From Tubiluchus corallicola (lineage: Eukaryota; Animalia; Priapulida), in NCBI GenBank assembly GCA_030141605.1, contig JAQGDQ010000673.1, positions 1 through 64,000 on the forward strand: a stretch of 64,000 nucleotides of DNA, written 5' to 3'. How positions within the stretch are numbered: the first letter of the stretch is position 1; every line of letters begins with the position of its first letter. Positions 40,266 to 53,163 of this stretch are shown here, one piece after another. Both the position numbers and the translations under genes were made by a program. A model generated the notes under the pieces. That model was given only the letters and a program-made list of their open reading frames with translations, had not been told where the DNA came from and ran no database searches.

Positions 40266-41900
40266 CTAGCAAAGGCCCCGCAAAATATTTTGCGCATAAA
40301 TACACTTATTATCAAAAATACGCGAACATCCTACATAGTCCTCATTTACAAGGCAAAGCCAGTAGCAGCAGCTTTTACTAAATTAAAGCTATAAGGTTAC
40401 AGATAGGATGACGTCACAACAATGGCTTTGCGTCAGCAGTTTTCTAAGCGAAAATTGCCAAAAATGGAACATCTAATTAACTCGTCGCTACTCCTCTAGG
40501 TGGACGTGTCCTACAATATAGCCCACATCATCGTGTAGCTCACTAGGATGGTGAACCAGTGACATTTTTAGGTTCACACTACGATAGTGAGCCAGTGACG
40601 TCTTTTGGTGCTCACTAGGATAGTGAGCCATTGACGTTTTTATGTGCAAATTAGGATGGCGAGCCAGTGACGCTTTTAGGTGCTCACTAGAATAGTGAGC
40701 CAGCGAAGTTTACATGTGCACACTAGGACAGTGAACCAGTCACATTTTTGCTGCACGTTAGGATACTGAGCCAGTGACGTTTTTAGGTGCACACTAGGCT
40801 AGTGAGCCAGTGACGTTTTTAGGTGCTCACTAGGATGGTGAGCCAGCAAAGTTTATATGTGCACAACTAGGATAGTGAACTGGTCACACTTTAGGTGCAC
40901 ATTAGGATACTGAGCCAGTGACGTTTTTAGGTGCTCACTAGGATGGTGAGCCAGTGACGGTTTTAGGTGCTCACTAGGATGGTGAGCCAGTGACGTTTTT
41001 AGGTGCACATTATGATAGTGAACCAGTGACGCCTTTAAGTGCTCACTAGGACAGTGAGCCAGCGAAGTTTATATGTGCACACTAGGACAGTGAGCCAGTG
41101 ACGTCTTTTGGTGCTCACTAGGATAGTGAGCCATTGACGTTTTTATGTGCAAATTAGGATGGCGAGCCAGTGACGCTTTTAGGTGCTCACTAGAATAGTG
41201 AGCCAGCGAAGTTTACATGTGCACACTAGGACAGTGAACCAGTCACATTTTTGCTGCACGTTAGGATACTGAGCCAGTGACGTTTTTAGGTGCACACTAG
41301 GCTAGTGAGCCAGTGACGTTTTTAGGTGCTCACTAGGATGGTGAGCCAGCAAAGTTTATATGTGCACAACTAGGATAGTGAACTGGTCACACTTTAGGTG
41401 CACATTAGGATACTGAGCCAGTGACGTTTTTAGGTGCTCACTAGGATGGTGAGCCAGTGACGGTTTTAGGTGCTCACTAGGATGGTGAGCCAGTGACGTT
41501 TTTAGGTGCACATTATGATAGTGAACCAGTGACGCCTTTAAGTGCTCACTAGGACAGTGAGCCAGCGAAGTTTATATGTGCACACTAGGACAGTGAGCCA
41601 GTCACATTTTAGTGACGTTTTTAGGTGCACATTATGATAGTGAACCAGCGACGCGTTTAGGTGCACACTAGGATAGTGAGCCAGCAAAGTTTATATGTGC
41701 ACACTAGGACAGTGAGCCAGTCACATTTTAGGTGCACACTAGGATACTGAGCCAGTGACGTTTTCAGGTACACGCTGTGGTGGTGAGCCAGTGACGTTTT
41801 TATTGCACACTATGATAGTGAACCAGTGACGCCTTTAGGTGCACACTAGGATAGTGAACCAGTGACGTTTTTAGGTGCACACTAGGATAGTGAGCCCTAG
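40266..41900 (-). mobile_element. Helitron-like 3' terminus adjoining a 36-bp satellite (40540-41900)
   Basis: Minus strand cgcaaaatattttgcg hairpin then gggcctttgCTAG|t; 36-bp units gtgagccagtgacgtttttaggtgctcactaggat[a/g]. Confidence 0.5.
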
Positions 41901-44012
41901 GTTAGCCATCGAAAAATATCCAGTAAGCGTATTGCCAGGCTTTGAAGATAAATTTATTGTGTTTTTATGTGCTGTATGGACAATGGAGATACGTCTTATA
42001 AACGATCTGAAATAGCCGTTGGTCATCACACGGTACACGTCTGCAATTAATTACTCTACTTCCAACAAAACTGCTAATTTCTTTATTAGCGTTTCCATGC
42101 TGAACTACATGGTCTATAATTCCCGCCCCTAATAACCTTCCTACGCATGCTAATTTATAAAGATGACCGTGCAAAAGTGGATAATTTGGCATCCATTAAT
42201 TTAAGAAACAACCTCGGATGATGGTGTGGCAGTAGCTAGGCGACATGCTGAAAACGTATTTCCGTATCCGGTCAGATCAGCGTGTTCCATTAACGCTGCG
42301 GGTAATTTATTAGGCTGCGGGAAAATATTGCATCCTGAGTCGGTGCTAAATCGGTACTGTGCTATTGGTTGTTGTTCCTACACTCATTTGTCTTCTTTAA
42401 TTGTTCTTTGTTCCTCGTTACTGTCCTCTGTTCTGTACGATCTGAACTGTGTGCACTGACTTCTTTTATGGATGTACGCTACTTCAAAAAACCAAAAGAG
42501 AAAATTACTTAAAATTAAATCTCCTTCAGAACTATGCGTTGAGATTGATAGCTGGGTACTCATATACAAACGAAAGGCAGGTAGACAAAAATTCAAAGCT
42601 TCAACAACTAACCTGAGAAAAACTTTAAAATTCTCAATCATTGAAGCACACAAAGAATATTTTACTCTGCTTTTTGTATTTAAATACATTAACAACATCA
42701 GCAAACCATTCCAAAATAACAGATTTACCTTTTTTCCAAATCCTATCGTTAATTCCAGAACAAGCAATCTAAAACAAATTAGGACAAATACCCACTACGG
42801 AACGAACTCTGTAATCAAACAAGCAATTTTACTTTGGAATTCTCTACCATTACAGGTTAAACAAATCAAGTACCTATCAGCATTTAAGACAAAATTAAAA
42901 TCACTAATATTAACCAGATATGAAATACCGTCACACCAGTTCGAACAACATACACACTAATTCATATATCTACGGCCATATTAATTAAATCATAGTTTTT
43001 TCATTTTTTGTGCATAGTTGTAAATATGTTTGATTTTATTCGTCGTTACTTTCCATTACTGCACAGTAGTTTAGATTGCACTGACGATTGTGAAAAGGGA
43101 ATGAAACGGATACAAAACACCAGTTTAACGTCTTCACCAAAAGTTTCTTTATTCTGAAAGACAATTCACAGCTGAATTTTTACCTCAAAACTTGCCTAGT
43201 TTTAGTACAACGCACTGAATATCTTACAGTGGCATTGTACTTCAATTTTCGCTTTCACAAACACGTGCAGCACGCTCGTGGAATATTTTTGATGTTGAAG
43301 ATTATGTTAGCTTGTGACGTCATCAATAGTTGAGCTCGCCCGCCGTTAATTAAGTTTTTAATCTATTATTTAATTATCAGAAACGTTTTTGCAGCATTAA
43401 TTGTGCTAAAATGCTTACTTTTTAGCAGACTCGAAAATGGGATAGTATATGAAAAATCATCCTCTCTTCCATTAATTATTCTTACGCGATCAATGTCACG
43501 TTTTGTACTCGCCTCTCTGCGTGGAGGGATTTTATATCTCTCCGTAACGTGCTAAAAGATCCTCATTCGCTTAATAATTGATCGGTAATTGCAAACACAA
43601 TCTTAACGTGTTGGCACGTCACAAATTATCTTAACCTGTTTTATTGTCAGCTTCTGTATAAAGCACAAAAGTGACTGAAATGGATAGAAAACACCAGTTT
43701 AACGAGTTGACCAAAAGTTTCTTTATTCTGAAATACAATTATTAACATTTAGTTTAATTTGCATTGAGTAGAAGAAAATTAGTTGCACGATTAAATGTAT
43801 TGCTATGACTAAGTGCTGATATAAAAATTATGTAGACTATATTGAAATTAATTAATAATAACTTACGTTGCTAGAGCCTTTAACAGTTACAAAGACAGGA
43901 ATGAGAACTCCAAGTAGCCTTAAGAACAACAACAAGGTCACAACAATAAAGTCGTAAGAAATTCGCAGTCATAATGCCATATATTTAAATACTTATATAT
44001 AAATACTTATAT

Positions 44013-44199
<187 letters not shown>

Positions 44200-45139
44200 T
44201 ACATATATGTTATGTATACATACATTGTTTCTATGTATACATACATACATACATATATAAATATATATATACGATATATATGCGTACACAGTAGGCAATT
44301 GATTTATTACTCGGCCATTATTGACATCATTTACTCTGGAAGATCTTAATATTTTATGGTCGACTTGTACACAGGTAATACATAAAATGATGCAATTTTT
44401 GGTCTTAAAATGCACATCGACTTGTACATAAGGTCGACATGTATGTATACACTTATATATGGTAATTAACATTAATCAAAACTAATCTATTAGTAAACCG
44501 TATAACGCGGGGGGGGGGTAATGCACTGCATGCTCTAAGACAGAGCGTTTACCATTGCCAACGATTTAGGTTGGCTGAAGGCTTTTATAGCATACGATAT
44601 TCATAATTTCTTCATGTACAAGTTTAAGATCACGTATGCTGTATGAGTTTGTATTTTTGTGGATAGATGGCGCTAGCAGGTCGAGAGCGGTAAACAATGA
44701 TCAAGAGATAGTCGAATACTTACGAATACTTTTAGCGGAAGTGGTGCTGACAAGCCACTGGCGTAGTAGTGTCTAGTTTTTTTGCTGGATTACTGCAGCG
44801 TTTACCTGTCTGAAGGCAGATTTCTTTTATTTTAGAACTCTGCCTGCCCAATGTCTACAATAGACGTGAAGGGCGTATGATGACGATGATGAATACTTAT
44901 GTGAACAATTTTTTTAAAATACAAGTAATGACTACTGTATTTACAAAATCCATTGCTTTAACGTATTTGTATTTTACGTTTTAAATAAAAACTAAGTTAA
45001 AAGACACGCCATGCAAGGTCAAAGGTCAAAACTACATGTGAATGCGGCCTTTAACGTGTTTAAAATCGCGACTGTTTTACACTTGCAGCGGTCCGCGACA
45101 TTGTGATTTTTTATGTACATTGTATTTACAATAGCATAA

Positions 45140-45826
45140 AGGCTTCTACACAATCCTGTTTTTATATAAATACATCAACAATATTAACACGCCCTTAATC
45201 AAAAATAAGCTTCCTCTTGGAGCCAACATTAAATCCAAGAACACACAATATTAAACAAACACGCACTAATAACAAATACGGCAACAATTCTATCACTAAA
45301 CAAGGAGTTCAACTTTGGAATACCCTGCCATCAAATTTAAAACAAATCAAGTCTATAAAACATTATATACTATATTGTATATAGTCTATTATAATTTCCG
45401 TGTAACATTATAATGTATATTTTGTTTTAAATTTTTGGCACAGTAGTTTTTAGTTTGCACTGGACGCATTTGCCTTTAACAGTTGTGTGAATTTTATTCT
45501 CATGCTGCGATGTTCTTTTATGCTTTTATAGTTATGAATATCGATTTTTTATGGCAAATAAAGATTATATATATATATAAGCTCATTTCACAAGCTCGGA
45601 TTTTTCGCTAGTTCCATTACTGATTTTATGACGTCACCCAATCATTCGCGTGCTTCCTAATTAGTGACGTCACCAGTGGGACACGGGTGTTAATTTGTGA
45701 CGTCATTATGGATATTTTATTTGTAAAACAACTGCGCACAACGCTCGATTATTTGCTCAACCCGGTCGAGTAGAGTCTATTTCATCATCACAGTCGCGTT
45801 TAACTACACCTACACCTGTGCTCGCG
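45140..45826 (+). repeat. Duplicate of 21375-22185 (LINE tail plus triple-CRE block)
   Basis: Colinear match ending at cacctgtgctcgcg; three TGACGTCA retained. Confidence 0.85.
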
Positions 45827-47039
45827 TTATGAATATCGATTTTTTATGGCAAGTAAAGATTATATATATATATATATTGTATTGTACATTCTTTTGTGTC
45901 CTTCGTCAGTAAACTATTATTATTATTATGATTATTATTAAAAATCTTTATCGAAAATTATACAAGAAGCCCTCTATTTGCAGGGCACAAAAGTACAAAA
46001 ATGTTAAATAAGTCTTTACACTATGTACATTAACTTACTAAACAAGCTGACAATTTTGCATTTTTTTACGATTTACTTATTCTAAATATATATATCCAAT
46101 ATTTGTAATCAATGTATAATCAATTTACTATAAGATAATTTCGGGTTAGTTCTTTTACAATATCTATATACATTTTAATTACATTAGTGTCTCTCTTTCT
46201 GTAAATGTTTCGAATGTCATTATTTTCTAAGCCACGCTCGAGATTCACCCTCTTATCTGGTATTATTATTATTATTAAATTATTATTATGCTCTGGTCCA
46301 CCACCCACCCAAATACCGAACAACCTACACAAGAAACAGCAACAACGTTTCAGCAATTGTGATGTACTATACTATACTGAGTTTCACACTCACTGAATTT
46401 AATCAAATTGGCAAGAATTGAGTTAAATTGATTTCATCTAGCATACAGTAAATTTCTGCTGTGCCCAGCAAAAATGTCAAAACAAACCCTTAACGAGTCA
46501 TTAGTTTTCAATAGAGCAGCAAATATCTGTCCTCTCCGGGAAACTCCAGTGAAATTGTATTTAGAGAATTATCGCAAGTGAAGTGCGTGTAGGTTTGTCA
46601 GTAATTAGGCGAACGGCAGGCATTTAGACAAAATTTACCAGGAAATACGTGAAATTAATGATCTCAAACAAAACGATATTGCTGTTTATTGTTTTCTCTG
46701 CCAATAGAGGGCGCAGGGCGATACACCGAGGACTCCGAGTGCACGTAATGCGTACAAAATTAAGAACTTTTTTAAGTTTATTTATTTCCGCACTGCATGT
46801 TACAGTTATAATAAAAATACAGATAAATTTCCACTGAGGTAAATATAAATATAAATGCAATATAATACAGAAATTACAAAAGAGATTCTTATGCAGAATA
46901 TATATGTGCAAATTACATTACAGAATAATTTTGATGCATGCAGTTTGAGCCTAAAAGCATAGCTTGACAGGCCAAACTGTACGTGGAAATCTTAAAGAAA
47001 TGATTAACAATTGAGATAATGATAATATATACATAAATG

Positions 47040-47447
47040 TAGGGGGGGGGGAGTAGTGAATGAAAGATGAAATGGAGCGAGAACTAAGAAAAACCGTGAT
47101 GTGGGGGGAGTAGTGAATGAATGATGAAATGGAGCGAGAACTAAGAAAAACCGTGATGTGGGGGGAGTAGTGAATGAATGATGAAATGGAGCGAGAACTA
47201 AGAAAAACCGTGATGTGGGGGGAGTAGTGAATAAAAGATGAAATGGAGCGAGAACTAAGAAAAACCGTGATGTAGGGGGAGTAGTGAATGAATGATGAAA
47301 TGGAGCGAGAACTAAGAAAAACCGTGACGTAGGGGGAGTAGTGAATGAAAGATGAAATGGAGCGAGAACTAAGAAAAACCGTGACGTGGGGGGGGGGGGG
47401 CAGTGAATGAAAGATGAAATGGAGCAAGAAATAAGAAAAACCGTGAT
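47040..47447. repeat. ~60-bp minisatellite, ~7 copies
   Basis: gatgaaatggagcgagaactaagaaaaaccgtga repeated. Confidence 0.9.
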
Positions 47448-47569
47448 CATGATTATAAAGTGTTCAGTAACCTGTTGAGCATAGTCACGTTTTATTAAGA
47501 TTACTGTGGAAAAAGAATGCAGATGATCACCATTATCAAACTGTGTTACTCTGTCTTACCTTTGCTGTA

Positions 47570-47990
47570 CTTGCGGAAACTGTTTCTCTATAACTCAGAG
47601 TTATGGACAATCAAAGTACAACACGATTCAGAAATTGATGCATTTCAAAGAAGAAACTACAGGAACATTCTAGGGGAAAAGTTGCCAAAGAAAATATCAA
47701 GTCAGGCTCTGTATAAGTTAGTCAAGACAGAAGAATGGACAGTTGAAATCAAGTTAAGATTAAGATGTATAGGACATGTTATATGACTACCATGACAGCC
47801 CATTAAAATTAGTTTTCACAGAAGTTGCAGAAAGAAAGGAAACCACAAGGAGGACAGCTGCTGACTTATATCAATTTCATGCAAAAAGATCTTATCAACA
47901 CACCATTAGATATCAAAAATACAGAAACATGGGAGGTTGTGGGTGACAGGGCATCGTGGTCGAATGTGATTGCAAGAGTCATGTCAGAGG
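47570..47990 (+). mobile_element. Degenerate RTE-like LINE reverse-transcriptase C-terminal fragment
   Basis: LYNSELWT...IDAFQRR..RNIL...PKKIS...LY...RLR..GHV pattern, with stop and frameshift. Confidence 0.55.
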
Positions 47991-48689
47991 ACGTGTCACT
48001 GCAGCAGGTTCGCTCACTGTTCGTAGCACTGTTTCATCGTCATCATCATCATCATCATCATCTCTCTCCCCTTCTCTCTCTCTCCCTCTCTGACTCTGTC
48101 CCTACCTCCCCCCTCTCTCTCTCCCATCTCTTCCTCTCTCACTCACTCTCTCTCTCTCTCTCTCTCTCTCTCCCCTTTTTCTTTCTCACCCATTTATCTG
48201 TTCCTCCTCATCCCTTCCTCTCATCTCTTCCGCTCTTCTCATCCAACTTCTCTTTTTTCCCTCTCTCTCTGTCTCTCTCCCTCAATCTCTCTTTTTTCCT
48301 CTCTACCTCCGCCTGTTTGTTTCTCTCTTATTCTCTCAAATCTTGCTCTTTGTGAAACTTTCTTTCTCCTCCTTTTTTTTCTCCAGGCCCTTTTCATCTC
48401 TCCGCAAAAAGACGATTAAATTGTGCCTTCCCATTGTCTCAACAAATGCCTGTAATGATCAGAATTTTTTTTAAATCTTTCACTGCTTCTGCAAGTTGGT
48501 AAACTCAGTGCTAGCAAAGCAGTAGCTTGTTGTGTGTATGGATGGTAGCCTTTATCACATTCTCAAGCTCTACAGATAAAACAGTGCGGGAAAGTACGTG
48601 AGAGGCAGGCCCGGGACATAGATCACTATCAAAATAGTAACAACGGCTCTGTGTCTTGGCCGCGCCTAGATTCGTGTATCTTCAAAGAG

Positions 48690-49435
48690 TAAATAACTGA
48701 CATCGGAACCATCCACTTACTGGCAAGAGTCGGCACTGCTTAACTTCGGTTGCAAAGCACACTTGTGGATTTCGATTTGAGTCTGTTGAGCACTTTTTGT
48801 TGCACTGCCCATTGTATCAAATAGCTAGGGTTGTTATGTTTGATAAATTAAATGAAATACTTCTGCCTGAAAACCTTAATATAGCTGCCTTAGGAACCAA
48901 TGATCTGTTGAAGTTGTTATTATTCGGAAAAGATGAATTTAACTATGTTGCTAACTGTAAAATATTCTAATGCATACATGACTTTATATTACGTACTAAA
49001 CGCTTCCAGTAGTTTCTATCTGATATGAAATGCATCAGTCTTAAATAATCCTACATTAATACTTTCTAACCGTCATTTTCTACTAATGTCTAATGTAATC
49101 TTGTAGTAAAACTTGTCAGCTTGTGTAGTTATAGTCTATTCTTACTGTAAATTTTACTAATATCTAATGTAATCTAGTAGTAAAACTTGTCAGCTTGTGT
49201 AGTTATAGTCTATTCTTACTGTAAATGTTACTAATGTCTAATGTAATCTTGTAGTAAAACTTGTCAGCTTGTGTAGTTATAGTCAATTCTTACTGTAAAT
49301 GTTCTTGTAAATAGTGTGTAAACTCTGTTGTGGTGAGGACCCTAAATCATGTTGTTTAAACTGTCTGATCCAGTCCTAAATAAATTATGTGTAAACTAAG
49401 CAAAGCACACGGGTGACCGCTCGGCTTTTCCTCGT
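48690..49435 (-). mobile_element. 5S rRNA-derived SINE-like head split by a LINE-tail insertion (48763-49399)
   Basis: Minus strand accgaagttaagcag...cagtaagtggatgg resembles the 5S internal promoter; 11-bp TSD gcaaagcacac at 48752 and 49400. Confidence 0.5.
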
Positions 49436-49823
49436 CCTTGTGTCTGTCATTGCTCAATCCACAAGCGCCACAACTGAATTCTTAATTCAAACGCAGTTTT
49501 TTCTCTCTAAATAGCTACAACGGCTGTCCACAAGAGGCGTCGCTCTCTTCAACCTATTTGTTAAATCTCTTAACACCTGACTGTCTAATATTGCAATTGC
49601 AATGACGTACTGATTGTCTGATATTGCAATTGCAATGACGTATCCAAGCTTCCAGACCAATTGAGGGATTACTGTAAGCACTGAAGCACAACTGTATAAG
49701 AGGTTTAAAGTGTCGTGAACTGATTCTCGAGTTTGTTCATGAACTTTATAAATTTTAGCAACATTACAACTTTACAGCAAGTTAGACTACAGTGAATCAT
49801 TTTCTCACCCGACTGGTTTCTGA

Positions 49824-49859
<36 letters not shown>

Positions 49860-50531
49860 CACATTCAGTACAATATAATGACATTAAGCACACAGTGACA
49901 CCAAAATTATTACATCATATTGTATTAAATTATTATGGTTCATACACTATCGTTGTCATAAAAGAATAATTGTATTGCAGTGGGCTAGCGAAGCAAAGGC
50001 TTGTATAAGCCCACTGTCATGTGAACCCGATAAAAAAGAATGGATGAGTGAACAAAAAAAAAGAACTGGGAGAAAGGTTAGATCACACAGGAAGGGTAGA
50101 AGGATGTGTTAGTGGAAATAGTAGGTAGAAAGATACTAGATTGCGCAGGATTACCCAAGGTTAACCAGTTTCAACTGATTTGAGCTCTTCCAGTTTTTAA
50201 TCTAGTAGTCACAACGTAGTGCATAGGAAAGAGAGTCAATAATAAAGTGTTTGTGCCATTAAAGCAGATTGGTTTATGTTGCTACGTATATTGACAAAAG
50301 CCTTTTTCACATAAAGGAAAACCAGACGATTGGGTAAACATTAGTTCAGAATAAAGAATGCTCCAAGATATTGAAAACTACAAAAGCTTATTTTAAAGCA
50401 AAGCTTAGATTAAATAATAATTATCTCGGATACTCAAATTTTGTTAAACTTTCAAAGCTACGCGCGGTTCAGTAAACCTGCTAAGATTGGCAGCGGCGCC
50501 TATTTTGTCACAGAAGGCGGTACCGTGATAA

Positions 50532-51173
50532 CCATGATCATGAACTGCAGTGTTAGTTTCTGACGTCATATGACGTAGAGAACAAGTTTGTACTGGAGCA
50601 CAAAGTAACCGTTTTTTGTGTTTTTTTCCAGTTTGCAGTGCCAGTTTAAGAGCCTCATAATCATGATCATGAACTGCAGTGTTAGTTTCTGACGTCATAT
50701 GACGTAGAGAACATGTTTGTACTGGAGCACAAAGTAACCGTTTTTTGTGTTTTTTTCCAGTTTGCAGTGCCAGTTTAAGAGCCTCATAATCATGATCATG
50801 AACTGCAGTGTTAGTTTCTGACGTCATATGACGTAGAGAACGTTTTTGTACTGGAGCACAAAGTAACAGTTTTTTGTCTTTTTTTCCAGTTTGCAGTGCC
50901 AGTTTAAGAGCCTCATGATCATGATCATGAACTGCAGTGTTAGTTTCTGACGTCATATGACGTAGAGAACGTTTTTGTACTGGAGCACAAAGTAACAGTT
51001 TTTTGTCTTTTTTTCCAGTTTGCAGTGCCAGTTTAAGAGCCTCATGATCATGATCATGAACTGCAGTGTTAGTTTCTGACGTCATATGACGTAGAGAACG
51101 TTTTTGTACTGGAGCACAAAGTAACAGTTTTTTGTCTTTTTTTCCAGTTTGCAGTGCCAGTTTAAGAGCCTCA
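50532..51173. repeat. Five tandem 129-bp units, each containing the splice acceptor and first 26 nt of the peptide exon
   Basis: ttttttccag ends at 50631, 50760, 50889, 51018, 51147. Confidence 0.93.
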
Positions 51174-51452
51174 ATCAAAAACGGAGATGATCATTCGCTA
51201 GTTGACGACGTGCTTTTTGACGACGGTGGCGACATCTACAATGCGGATAGCTTCGACGTCGAGGGATACAACGGCGGCGACAGCGACGACGCATTTTTCG
51301 ACATCATCAACACCAGAGAGCGACGAAGCGGGTGGAGTGACAGAAATAATAGAATTTCTACAATGCTCATGGTACCAGATCGACCACGTTGCTATCACTA
51401 CTGCCGACCATGCGCGGGCTGCAGGATGCAGTGCTGCGCCTGGCGGCGTTAA
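51148..51452 (+). CDS. Exon 2 of a putative secreted prepropeptide: acidic pro-region, RERR, 41-aa cationic peptide with C-x3-C-x2-C-x2-C-x3-CC
   Basis: GC-rich coding-like island, strong acceptor, ORF ...NTRERR|SGWSDRNNRISTMLMVPDRPRCYHYCRPCAGCRMQCCAWRR*; AATAAA at 51962, 51991, 52283. Confidence 0.75.
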
Positions 51453-52635
51453 TTTGAACTACGTCTTTCTACGACGCTCATTGTACAGGTGGCGGGGAAA
51501 TGCAGAATACAAAAAAGTCGTGAAAAAATAATTTCAGAAAAAAACGAAAGCAAAATAGTGGAAGGAAGAAAGCGTGTCAAGAGATGCACTGCGCATGCGT
51601 TATTTCATGAAAGCTACTTTAGTTTGACGCTAACCGTGTTTCAGTAAATATTTTTATAGTTTGAACTCAGGTCTAGATTATTTTTATTAATTAATTTTCC
51701 ATTGTTTTAATTAACACGTAGGAATGCTCGCTAATTACACGATACTTCTCAGCAGGCAAATTATTATTAACACATGATCAACTTTGGTAATTCAACTATG
51801 TTGATAAGCCTGAAGTCACGCGTGTGTCACAGCTAATTGTCCACAATTCAGTTCGTTTCTCAAGCAGTTTTACAAAGACAAACTTTGTGAAACCTGGAAG
51901 CTTTTGGAAGACATTCAACTTTGCTTTTAAAAAGTATGTAATTGTCTTAATTAATTAAAAAAATAAATTCATTGTTAATTAATTTATGGTAATAAAGAAA
52001 GCAGGTTTTAGTATTGTCTTTACGCAATTTCTATATTGAAAATATTTTGAGTGTTATTATTTGGCTTGAAATAATTACGTTAATTTATTGTCATTATAAT
52101 TATTGGTCGATAATTGAAAATCAGCACATCACAATTTCAGTTACAAACAGTCGTTCATAACAACTGCATCGAGTACTGTACATAACTGTTGCACAGTTGT
52201 GATTCTCGTCTTGCGGTCCGTTCATTTCTTGTTTGCTAGTTTGCTATTTATGTAAATTGTGTTTCCTGCAAATATGTCGTGGAATAAACACATTAACATC
52301 AATTTGTACACGCTTTTAAGTGACGTTCTGTATATTTTTGTCTGTTTGTTACAAATTCTGAACGTTCATATCTAGATATTAAAGGAACACCGTACAAATG
52401 TTTAGACTCGATCTCATTTTAATTTACTGTCCAAAATATACATTATCTTGCCTTTAAAAGTTACCAATTGTTCCTTATATTTGAGTAATTAGCTTAGAAA
52501 GTTAATTGACGGCAAATGAACACAGCTATTGCTTATATATTGCACAATAATAATCAACTATATGAACAGCTAAATTAGTTAATCAATTGTTAATCAGTTA
52601 ATCAGATTTGCATACACGCGCACTGAAAAAAAAGA

Positions 52636-53082
52636 TCATTTTTTCTCAGATTGCCAAATGCATTCTTTATTCTGTTTCCATTCTCCTTCTCCTTCGTCGT
52701 AACTTTCTTTCTTCCATATTGGTACAGAAGCTTTTAGGGAATTGATGGCAAATGCCACGGCATCCAGGGAAACCACTCGATGTTCCGACGACACGGCGAT
52801 GACGACACTTGCCTCTCCCACGGGCACTTGACTCATTCGATGATGCATAACAATGTGCTTCACCGGCCACTTTTCCCGAATGTTCCTGCAAATTTTTCGC
52901 ATTTCCGCTTCCGCCATTGGCGTGTAGGCTTCGTATTCTAAATGCTTGACGATCTTGTCATCTGCAAATTCCCGCGTGGAGCCGATGAACACGGATGTGG
53001 CGCCACAGTCCGGCGAAGAAGCCAACGAAACGACTTCTTCCACGTTCAGTTTTTCGGCAGTCAAAAATACGTGATCAGACAT
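52636..53082 (-). CDS. MOCS2: Molybdopterin synthase catalytic subunit (MOCS2B / MoaE), single coding exon
   Basis: CGATSVFIGSTR, LEYEAYTPMA, HR...VPVGEASVVIAVSSEHR and LKASVPIWKKE motifs; ATG at 53082. Confidence 0.95.
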   Translation of the reverse strand: MSDHVFLTAEKLNVEEVVSLASSPDCGATSVFIGSTREFADDKIVKHLEYEAYTPMAEAEMRKICRNIREKWPVKHIVMHHRMSQVPVGEASVVIAVSSEHRVVSLDAVAFAINSLKASVPIWKKESYDEGEGEWKQNKECIWQSEKK

Positions 53083-53163
53083 GTTTTTATAAGTCAAAAA
53101 ATAATAATTCTAAGCAATGGGAATACAACGCGAAAAATATATGCACTAAAAGCTGTAAAAGGC

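Noticed and set aside
4786-41900. 27-, 36- and 93-bp arrays as CRISPR arrays
   Set aside because: Units are head-to-tail with no unique spacers, there are no cas genes, and the DNA is eukaryotic
50444-51178. 244-aa repetitive minus-strand ORF
   Set aside because: Product of the 129-bp (43-codon) tandem unit, partly transposon-derived and antisense to the better-supported peptide exon
52667-52891. Overlapping alternative-frame ORF as MOCS2A
   Set aside because: No MoaD/ThiS features and no C-terminal Gly-Gly
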